DNA of 64,000 bases from an uncultured Flavobacteriaceae bacterium (GTDB lineage Bacteria > Bacteroidota > Bacteroidia > Flavobacteriales > Flavobacteriaceae): assembly GCA_964631875.1 (NCBI GenBank), contig CAZWAN010000004.1, forward strand, positions 13,998-77,997, in the 5' to 3' direction. This document shows, piece by piece, positions 57,422 to 64,000 of this stretch (position 1 is its first letter; each line of letters starts with the position of its first letter). Made by a program: the position numbers and the translations under genes. A model generated the notes under the pieces. It saw only the letters and a program-made list of their open reading frames with translations, ran no database searches and was not told where the DNA came from.

Positions 57422-59552
57422 GTGTTGAATTCTTTAATTGATCATCTAAGTTGATATTCATATTATAGAGCGTAAACCCAAAAATATCAGCATATTGTTC
57501 TATCGTTTTGGATACAGGAGTTCCTGCACCATGACCCGCATTTGTTTCAATCCGTATTAAAACAGGGTTATTTCCAGATTGTTTATCTTGTAGTTCAGCC
57601 GCAAATTTAAAAGAGTGGGCCGGTACAACGCGGTCGTCATGATCTCCCGTTGTTACCAATGTAGCGGGATATTCTACGCCATTTTTCACGTTATGTACCG
57701 GAGAATAACCTTTTAAATAATTAAACATTTCTTCGCTTTGTTCGGAGGTACCATAATCATAAGCCCAGCCGGCACCGGCTGTAAAAGTATGGTAACGCAA
57801 CATATCCAGAACACCAACTGCAGGAAGAGCAACTTTCATTAAATCCGGTCTTTGCGTCATGGTTGCTCCAACCAACAATCCCCCATTTGAACCTCCTCTT
57901 ATCGCCAAATAGTCTTTAGAAGTATAATTTTTGTCAATGAGGTATTCAGCAGCAGCGATAAAATCGTCAAATACATTTTGTTTTTTCATTTGCGTACCTG
58001 CGTCATGCCAAGCTTTTCCATACTCACCGCCACCTCTTAAATTAGGCACTGCATATATACCACCCATTTCCATCCAAACGGCATTTACAATGCTAAAACT
58101 AGGAGTGAGGCTGATGTTGAATCCGCCATAGCCATAAAGTATAGTCGGATTCTTTCCATTGAGAACAGTCCCTTTCTTGTAAGTAATGATCATAGGAACT
58201 TTTGTGCCATCTTTGGAAGTGTAAAATACTTGTTCGGATGTAAAATCGTCCGGATTAAATTGAACATTTGGTTTCTTATATAGACTTGAGTTTCCTGTTT
58301 TTGGATCTAACTTATAAATAGAACCCGGTGTGACATAATTGGTGAAAGAGTAATATAGGTCTTTATCTGTTTGTTTACCACCAAAACCACCGGCAGATCC
58401 TATTCCGGGTAATTCAATATCTCTAATTTTATTACCATTCATATCGTATTGTTCTACAGCAGAAACTGCATCTTTCATATACTCAACAAAAAAATAGCCT
58501 GCTCCAGAATTAACACTCATCACATTTTTTGTTTCAGGAACCAAAGTTTCCCAATGCTCTTGAGATGAGTTAGCCAAATTTGCCTTGACGAGTTTTCCAT
58601 TAGGCGCATTGTGGTTTGTATAAATATAAAGAGACTTATCATCTGCTTCTACGACATTGTAATCGTTTTCAACATTCGCAACAAGAGGTTTAATTGTTTT
58701 GTCAGCAGTTGTCAAATCAGCATAATACAATTCATTACCGGAAGTTGATACAGCTGCGCTGACGATGAGGTATTTTTGATTTTCTGTTACATAGCCTCCA
58801 ACATACCTCCGTTTTATTTCATCACCAAAAATAATTTTATCGTCTTTTTGAGAAGTTCCAAGTTTATGGTAATACAATTTGTGTTGATCAGTCTTGGCAG
58901 AGAGTTCGCTTCCTTTTGGTTTATCGTAACTTGAATAGTAGAATCCTTCATTTTCAAACCATGAAACACCACTAAATTTGATATCGCGTAAAGTGTCACC
59001 TACTTGTTTTTTACTCATTGCATCGATAACAATTACTTTCCTCCAATCAGATCCACCTTCTGAAATAGCGTAGGCCGCTAACTTTCCATTTTTGCTAAAT
59101 GAGATAGAACTCAATGAGGTAGTTGCATCTTTGGAGAAAGTATTCGGGTCTAAAAAAACCTCCGGATCTTCGTTTTCCTTTTGACGATATAGTACATATT
59201 GATTTTGCAAACCATCGTTTTTATAGAAATAGTTATAATCCCCTTCTTTAAATGGTGCAGTGAATTTTTCGTAATTCCATAATTCGGTAAGTCTTTTTTT
59301 TATGCCTTCCCGATAAGGGATTTTATTCAAATAATCAAAAGTTACCTTATTTTGTGATTTCACCCAGGCCTCAGTTTCGGCTGATAAATCATCTTCAAGC
59401 CAGCGATAGGGATCGGCTACTTTTTTACCAAAATAAGTGTCAATGGTATTATCTTTTCTAGTGTCAGGATATTTTATTTCCATTGTATTGTTTTGCGCGA
59501 GGGTCTGCAGGCTTAAAAAAAGGATCAAACCAATTGATAAAATTCTGTTCAT
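57408..59552 (-). CDS. prolyl oligopeptidase (S9A family) with signal peptide
   Basis: N-terminal beta-propeller region (YRWLED) and catalytic GGSNGGLL Ser motif with C-terminal Asp/His region; 714 aa. Confidence 0.9.
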   Translation of the reverse strand: MNRILSIGLILFLSLQTLAQNNTMEIKYPDTRKDNTIDTYFGKKVADPYRWLEDDLSAETEAWVKSQNKVTFDYLNKIPYREGIKKRLTELWNYEKFTAPFKEGDYNYFYKNDGLQNQYVLYRQKENEDPEVFLDPNTFSKDATTSLSSISFSKNGKLAAYAISEGGSDWRKVIVIDAMSKKQVGDTLRDIKFSGVSWFENEGFYYSSYDKPKGSELSAKTDQHKLYYHKLGTSQKDDKIIFGDEIKRRYVGGYVTENQKYLIVSAAVSTSGNELYYADLTTADKTIKPLVANVENDYNVVEADDKSLYIYTNHNAPNGKLVKANLANSSQEHWETLVPETKNVMSVNSGAGYFFVEYMKDAVSAVEQYDMNGNKIRDIELPGIGSAGGFGGKQTDKDLYYSFTNYVTPGSIYKLDPKTGNSSLYKKPNVQFNPDDFTSEQVFYTSKDGTKVPMIITYKKGTVLNGKNPTILYGYGGFNISLTPSFSIVNAVWMEMGGIYAVPNLRGGGEYGKAWHDAGTQMKKQNVFDDFIAAAEYLIDKNYTSKDYLAIRGGSNGGLLVGATMTQRPDLMKVALPAVGVLDMLRYHTFTAGAGWAYDYGTSEQSEEMFNYLKGYSPVHNVKNGVEYPATLVTTGDHDDRVVPAHSFKFAAELQDKQSGNNPVLIRIETNAGHGAGTPVSKTIEQYADIFGFTLYNMNINLDDQLKNSTPISH

Positions 59553-59562
59553 ATTTTTGAGT

Positions 59563-60441
59563 TTAATTTAATGCATTTACAACTTCAATTTCATTGGGCA
59601 GAAATTGTTTTAGGGTAGCTTCTATTCCATTCTTTAATGTGATAGTTGATGAAGGGCAACCGTTACAAGCTCCTTGTAAAATTACATTTACCATTTTATT
59701 CTCGGGGTCATAAGATTTGAAAAGAATATTTCCGCCATCTCCTGCAACGGCAGGCCTAATATATTCATCCAGAATACTGATGATCTTTTGTGAAGTTTCA
59801 TCGAAATTACTCATGTCTAAGGCACTTTCACCTGTCATATTTGCTAAAGGCGTAAAACCGTCTGTTACAATTGGTTTGTCCTCGCTCAAATAATCTTTAA
59901 TAAACTGCCGCATTTCATTGTTCACCATAAACCATTCTACACTTTTATCTCTAGTTATAGAAATGTAATTTTGGTTGATAAATACTTCTTTTACGTATGG
60001 AAACTTAAAAAGAGCCGCAGCAATTGGCACTTCTGTTGCCTCACTTTCATTTTTGACTTCAATTAAATGCTTGGTTAAAAATTGGTTGGTCACAAATTTT
60101 TGGACAGTTGGATTCGGAGTTTCTTCTGCATAAATCTCAATCGCTTTTTTACTTTCAGTCTGGAAAAGTGGTTTATTTTGTTCGAAATAGGCAGATAGAA
60201 TTTCTTTAAGATCTTCTTCTACATCTCCCCATTCCAACATGTCATAGCGCTCGAGGGCAATAAAATTAGCAGAAATAAAAACTTTCTTAATAAAAGGAAG
60301 CTTGAATAATTGTTGTGCTAAGGGAGAATTTTTTGCTTCTTCCAAACTACTGAATTCGAAAGCACCCTCCGTAAGCATTTTGTTTAGAACAAATTTGATG
60401 ATATTCGGATTGTTCGTTCTTTCTATATTGATTTGTACCAT
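59563..60441 (-). CDS. NifU/Nfu-type Fe-S cluster scaffold protein
   Basis: Duplicated Nfu N-terminal-like domains and a C-terminal NifU domain with CNGCPSS. Start chosen at MVQINI. Confidence 0.75.
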   Translation of the reverse strand: MVQINIERTNNPNIIKFVLNKMLTEGAFEFSSLEEAKNSPLAQQLFKLPFIKKVFISANFIALERYDMLEWGDVEEDLKEILSAYFEQNKPLFQTESKKAIEIYAEETPNPTVQKFVTNQFLTKHLIEVKNESEATEVPIAAALFKFPYVKEVFINQNYISITRDKSVEWFMVNNEMRQFIKDYLSEDKPIVTDGFTPLANMTGESALDMSNFDETSQKIISILDEYIRPAVAGDGGNILFKSYDPENKMVNVILQGACNGCPSSTITLKNGIEATLKQFLPNEIEVVNALN

Positions 60442-60489
60442 TTCTAAGTATATTAAATTGAACACAAAAATACGAAAGAATTTATTTAG

Positions 60490-60497
60490 TATTTTTG
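60490..60497 (+). promoter_or_regulatory. Bacteroidota-type -7 promoter element
   Basis: Exact TAnnTTTG match (TATTTTTG) 28 nt upstream of ATG 60526. Confidence 0.4.
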
Positions 60498-60525
60498 AAA
60501 CCTTTGTTAAACTAAATAAAACGGT

Positions 60526-61038
60526 ATGATTTTGAGAGCACTAAATGGTAAGGAACCCAAATTTGGTAAGAATTGTTTTTTTGCTGAAAATTCAGTTGTT
60601 GTTGGAGAGGTTGAAGCAGGTGATGATTGCTCATTTTGGTATAATGCTGTAGTGAGAGGGGATGTTCATTTTATAAGAATGGGAAATAAGGTAAATGTAC
60701 AGGATGGGGCTGTGATTCACGCCACTTATCAAACATCTCCTACCACAATTGGAAATAATGTGTCTATTGGTCATAATGCCATTGTACATGGATGTACCAT
60801 TCATGATAATGTATTAATTGGCATGGGAGCCATCATTATGGATAATTGTGTAATTGAAAGTAATAGTATTATTGCGGCAGGTGCAGTTGTGACAAAAAAC
60901 ACTAGAGTACCTTCAGGAACCATTTTCGGAGGAGTACCGGCGAAAAAAGTGAAAGATATCAGTGAAGAGTTGATAACCGGAGAAATTCAAAGAATAGCCA
61001 ATAATTATATCAAATATGCAGGTTGGTATAAGGAATAA
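60526..61038 (+). CDS. gamma-class carbonic anhydrase family / left-handed beta-helix (hexapeptide) protein
   Basis: Hexapeptide repeats with the His-bearing pattern (IGHNAIVHGCTI); 170 aa, typical of the YrdA/PaaY family. Confidence 0.8.
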   Translation: MILRALNGKEPKFGKNCFFAENSVVVGEVEAGDDCSFWYNAVVRGDVHFIRMGNKVNVQDGAVIHATYQTSPTTIGNNVSIGHNAIVHGCTIHDNVLIGMGAIIMDNCVIESNSIIAAGAVVTKNTRVPSGTIFGGVPAKKVKDISEELITGEIQRIANNYIKYAGWYKE

Positions 61039-61183
61039 ATAAGGCCTTTACTTATTTTAGTGATTGGCAATACTTACTCTTCCGTCAGAATTTTTCCAAC
61101 GATCCATAAATTAAAATTTCGTGTTAGTCCAATTTTAAATTAAATGGGAACTAACAACACAGGTCCCCCTTTTTTATTCCCAA

Positions 61184-61315
61184 CTATTTATATAATAGTT
61201 TGGAACGGTGCTTGTAATAGGTAAAGATATAGCTGGTATAGCTTACCAATGCCTTTAATGCGAAGGGTATTGCGATAATTGCCGCAACGAACAAAAAGTA
61301 GAACACTATAGTCAT
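61184..61315 (-). CDS. hypothetical small hydrophobic peptide (43 aa), not in the ORF track
   Basis: ATG..TAG ORF MTIVFYFLFVAAIIAIPFALKALVSYTSYIFTYYKHRSKLLYK, one predicted TM helix plus a basic tail. No homologue recognised. Confidence 0.3.
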   Translation of the reverse strand: MTIVFYFLFVAAIIAIPFALKALVSYTSYIFTYYKHRSKLLYK

Positions 61316-61382
61316 AAGTTAATAATTTACTTAAAGATAAGAAGATCGTAAGATTAAAAAAAATGACTTTTATCAGTTTTGG

Positions 61383-61404
61383 ATTTTAGGTCTAGACCTA
61401 AAAT
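61383..61404. repeat. 22-bp perfect palindrome
   Basis: ATTTTAGGTCTAGACCTAAAAT equals its own reverse complement. Lies in a non-coding region. Confidence 0.9.
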
Positions 61405-61584
61405 TATAAAATCTGTGAATATAGATGCAGAACCTAAATGTGTGTGCGCGGGTCATACCGGATTACTTGGGTGATCCAGATGGGAACCTCTGCTGAGAAT
61501 GGAGGCCCAATGACTTCGTTTCACGCCACCATATGAACTATTTGTTTTCAAATACTTATGAAAGCGACCTTTCAACGCACGGAA

Positions 61585-61613
61585 ATAAAAAACCCGGTGC
61601 CATAAGTACCGGG
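61585..61613 (-). terminator. intrinsic terminator downstream of the tRNA
   Basis: Minus strand reads CCCGGT-ACTTATGGC-ACCGGG followed by TTTTTTAT, starting 13 nt after the tRNA 3' end. Confidence 0.75.
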
Positions 61614-61626
61614 ATTCTAAGTGATG

Positions 61627-61701
61627 TGGGTAATACTGGACTCGAACCAGTGACTTCCACGTTGTCGACGTGACACTCTAAACCAACTGAGTTAATTACC
61701 C
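61627..61701 (-). tRNA. tRNA-Val(GAC)-like gene, 75 nt, no encoded CCA
   Basis: Hand-folded cloverleaf: acceptor GGGTAAT/ATTACCC, D arm ACTC-AGTTGGTTTA-GAGT, anticodon arm TCACG-TCGACAA-CGTGG, variable AAGTC, T arm ACTGG-TTCGAGT-CCAGT, discriminator A. The anticodon loop has C rather than U at position 33. Confidence 0.75.
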
Positions 61702-61802
61702 TTGAATTGCAATTGCTAAATTCTAAAATTTGTTTGAGATAAAAAAATAGAAGTGATATGAATTTACATTTCGGAAAATTGTTCGTTTCAAAGTAAAATC
61801 AT

Positions 61803-61830
61803 AAAAAAAAGCCTCATAAAGAGGCTTTTT
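61803..61830 (-). terminator. intrinsic terminator after the skp genes
   Basis: GCCTC-ATAAA-GAGGC stem-loop flanked by A8 and T5. On the minus strand the hairpin is followed by the T8 run, 20 nt after the skp stop. Confidence 0.7.
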
Positions 61831-61849
61831 AAAGATTGAAATTTACAAA

Positions 61850-62353
61850 TTAGATACCTAATTTAGCTTTTACAGGTGCCATTAAATCTTCTCCTTCAAA
61901 GACAAGAAGTCCTTTACCCGGAGACGAATCTAGTACATAGTTAACTCCTTTTGCTTTAGCCACTTCGTTTACCGCTGTTTGTGCTTTTTCAAGAATAGGC
62001 TTTAATAAGTCAAATCTTTTCTTTTGAATTTCCTGATCGGCAGTTTGACCATATTTTTGTAATCTGGCTTGTAAATCTTCTACTTCTTGCTGACGTTTTC
62101 CGTTTTCAGCATCAGTTTGCGTAGGTGCCTCTTCACTGTATTTTTTCAATTTTGCTTGTAAAGCAGTAGCTTGAGTTTTGTATTCTGTAGCGTAAGTTTC
62201 AGATAATTTCTTTAATTCACCCTCCATTGCTTTAGCTTCCGGCATAGCCATTAGTAAAGCTTCGCTATCAATATGCGCGATTTTTTGTGCATTCGCAACT
62301 TGCAAACCGGCTACCAAAATCAATCCTAAAAATAAATTTTTAAATAGTTTCAT
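61850..62353 (-). CDS. skp: OmpH/Skp family periplasmic chaperone
   Basis: Signal peptide ending ANAQ, coiled-coil-rich 167 aa, located downstream of bamA. Confidence 0.8.
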   Translation of the reverse strand: MKLFKNLFLGLILVAGLQVANAQKIAHIDSEALLMAMPEAKAMEGELKKLSETYATEYKTQATALQAKLKKYSEEAPTQTDAENGKRQQEVEDLQARLQKYGQTADQEIQKKRFDLLKPILEKAQTAVNEVAKAKGVNYVLDSSPGKGLLVFEGEDLMAPVKAKLGI

Positions 62354-62387
62354 TTTTCAATAATTTGTTAATAATAGTTCAAAAATT

Positions 62388-63257
62388 TTAATTGTTGTTT
62401 TTTTTCAGTTCTTCTCTTTGTTTATTTCTTTCTTCAATCTCTTTTAATTTAGCTGCGCGTCTTTCTTCTGCTACTCTTTTCAAGGAGTCTCTTAGTTTTT
62501 CTCTTGCTTCTTGTTGTTCTTTTATTCGCGCTTTTAATTCGGCTTGCTTTGCCGCTTTTTCTTCCATTTTAATCTGCTCCGGTGTTTTCTCTACTTCTTC
62601 ATCTGTCATTTCGTCATCGGAAAATGAGTTTTCTTCAGCACTTTCATTTACTACTTCTGCCCCTTCTAAATCAGGATCAGTTTGGGTGGTTTTATTGATA
62701 CGGGCTTGTTTATTGTCTTCTAAAGTTTGCCTCTTTCTATCTTTTACGATATCATTTAAAACCAACTCACTTACATCGTGTTTACTATTGCTGTAAAGCA
62801 TAATGAGATCACTGGACTTATCAAATATAAAATCATATCTTTTTTTCTCTGCAATATCCTGAATAGAATTAAATACCTGATCCTGAACGGGCTTGACAAA
62901 TTGTTTACGCATCTGGTACATATCTCCTGTAGGACCAAAAAATGCGCTTTGTAATTTCCTTAATTCTTGTCTTTTAATATCAATATCTTCTTCACGCTCT
63001 TTGATCATTTCATTGGTCAATAAAGCCTTTTCATTGGCCAAGGAAGTATTCATCTGTTCGATCTCAATTTCCAGATCGTCAAGTTTTTTTTGCCATCCTT
63101 TTATCTTATCATCTAATCTAGATTGAGCTTCTTGATATTCGGGAACATTATCTAGGATATATTCCATATCTATGTATCCAATACGCAATTCCTTTTGAGC
63201 TAAAGTCAAAGAACTTGTGATTAAAAAGGCGATAAAAAAAATCTTTTTTATCATCAT
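62388..63257 (-). CDS. OmpH/Skp family protein with long charged C-terminal extension
   Basis: Signal peptide, then an OmpH-like core (IGYIDMEYILDNVPEYQEAQ...) followed by ~110 aa of acidic and then K/E/R-rich low-complexity sequence. Confidence 0.7.
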   Translation of the reverse strand: MMIKKIFFIAFLITSSLTLAQKELRIGYIDMEYILDNVPEYQEAQSRLDDKIKGWQKKLDDLEIEIEQMNTSLANEKALLTNEMIKEREEDIDIKRQELRKLQSAFFGPTGDMYQMRKQFVKPVQDQVFNSIQDIAEKKRYDFIFDKSSDLIMLYSNSKHDVSELVLNDIVKDRKRQTLEDNKQARINKTTQTDPDLEGAEVVNESAEENSFSDDEMTDEEVEKTPEQIKMEEKAAKQAELKARIKEQQEAREKLRDSLKRVAEERRAAKLKEIEERNKQREELKKNNN

Positions 63258-63316
63258 ATTTTTTATCTTGAAAATATCGTGCCAGACCTAGAGCACTGGC
63301 AAATATAGTAAAATAC

Positions 63317-64000
63317 TTAAAACTGCTGACCTATAATAAAGTGAGTTTGCCAACCCGAAATTTCGTCCGTTCCGGGAATATCGTCAAAACCATATCCAAA
63401 GTCAATACCCAACAATCCAAAGGCAGGCATAAACACTCTTATACCAGCTCCAGCCGATCTTTTTAATTCAAAAGGTTTAAATTCTTGAAAACTATCGAAT
63501 GAGTTACCACCTTCTAAGAAGGTAAGGGCATAAATCGAGGCAGAAGGTTTAAGTGTAATCGCATAACGAAGCTCAAAGGAGATCTTGTTGTACACTGTCC
63601 CACCGGCAAAAGAGGTCAAACTCGAGTTAGGGTAACCTCTTAAGGCAATTACCTGTCTACCGTCAAATTGTCCAGTTGCCATTCCGTCACCACCCACGTA
63701 AAAACGTTCAAAAGGAGAAACTCCTATATCTTGATTATAGGCTCCTAAAAATCCAAATTCTGCATTTGACATTAGAATTAGATCTTTATAGATCTGCGTG
63801 AACCAACGACCCATAAAGTTGATCTTATAATATTCTAGCCATTCATATTTTTGTTCGTCGGGTAAATTAATATATTCTTTATCGGTAAATGAAGAATAGG
63901 GAGGCGTTACCTCTGCAATCACATTAAATTGAGAACCATATCGAGGATATATCGGGCTCGGTCCGGCAGAGTTTCTTCCTAAATTTACCGTAAAATTCAC
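63317..64000 (-). CDS. bamA: outer membrane protein assembly factor BamA, C-terminal barrel portion (5' end outside window)
   Basis: The ORF is open to the window edge. Beta-barrel strand pattern ending ...FIIGQQF (terminal Phe). Conserved bamA-skp-skp gene order. Confidence 0.7.
   Translation of the reverse strand: MNFTVNLGRNSAGPSPIYPRYGSQFNVIAEVTPPYSSFTDKEYINLPDEQKYEWLEYYKINFMGRWFTQIYKDLILMSNAEFGFLGAYNQDIGVSPFERFYVGGDGMATGQFDGRQVIALRGYPNSSLTSFAGGTVYNKISFELRYAITLKPSASIYALTFLEGGNSFDSFQEFKPFELKRSAGAGIRVFMPAFGLLGIDFGYGFDDIPGTDEISGWQTHFIIGQQF

Noticed and set aside
61438-61592. Possible identity of the GC-rich island as SRP (4.5S) RNA or 6S RNA
   Set aside because: GGTCATACCGGA loosely resembles the SRP GGUCAGGUCCGGA segment, and a GGAA tetraloop hairpin exists. 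However, the conserved AGCA/GGAAGCAGCC context and a long closing helix could not be found on either strand. It is kept only as an unassigned candidate RNA.
61627-61701. Alternative anticodon assignments for the tRNA (Asp-GTC, Arg-TCG, Ser-CGA)
   Set aside because: Every alternative register breaks the 5-bp anticodon stem or places non-U at position 33 and a pyrimidine at 37. Only the GAC (Val) register gives a complete cloverleaf.
62392-62796. 134-aa plus-strand ORF antisense to the skp-like gene
   Set aside because: Its Ser/Leu/Phe/Cys-rich low-complexity translation is the mirror image of the K/E-rich tail on the opposite strand. It has no motifs and is a typical shadow ORF.

Overview
AT-rich, gene-dense segment with about 58 protein genes and one tRNA. 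It reads as core chromosome of a Flavobacteriia (Bacteroidota) organism. Supporting signs are two proteins with T9SS C-terminal sorting domains, a SusC-type TonB-dependent receptor, an argF'-type transcarbamylase, a DUF4286 gene, atpD-atpC apart from other atp genes, a bamA-skp-skp cluster, no Shine-Dalgarno sequences, and several exact TAnnTTTG -7 boxes. The window opens with a 10-gene merged arginine/proline biosynthesis operon (argG-argC-proC-argD-proA-proB-argF'-argB-argE-argH). The rest is mostly housekeeping: pabB-like, lpdA, purE, glnS, mgtE, rsmA, serS, ribF, atpDC, rseP, feoAB, dtd, rsgA, tag, Nfu, gamma-CA. Many peptidases are interspersed (M3, C1, reprolysin-like, M1, S9A, M50). I saw no CRISPR array, transposase, integrase, rRNA, recognisable defence or toxin-antitoxin genes, or obvious pseudogenes. 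The best candidates for poorly described biology are listed here. (1) A surface/periplasmic cluster at 32.6-39.7 kb: TonB-dependent receptor, SGNH-hydrolase lipoprotein, MauG/CCP-family di-haem protein, and a membrane-anchored beta-helix fused to a c-type cytochrome. (2) A tandem pair of DUF3857/transglutaminase-like proteins at 48.4-52.4 kb, one with an intact Cys-His-Asp set and one degenerate. (3) An unusually long (~800 nt) non-coding stretch at 61.0-61.85 kb. It holds a tRNA-Val(GAC)-like gene with a non-canonical anticodon loop, a GC-rich island, a 22-bp perfect palindrome and a small hydrophobic ORF. All functional calls come from by-eye motif recognition on the supplied translations; no database search was run.
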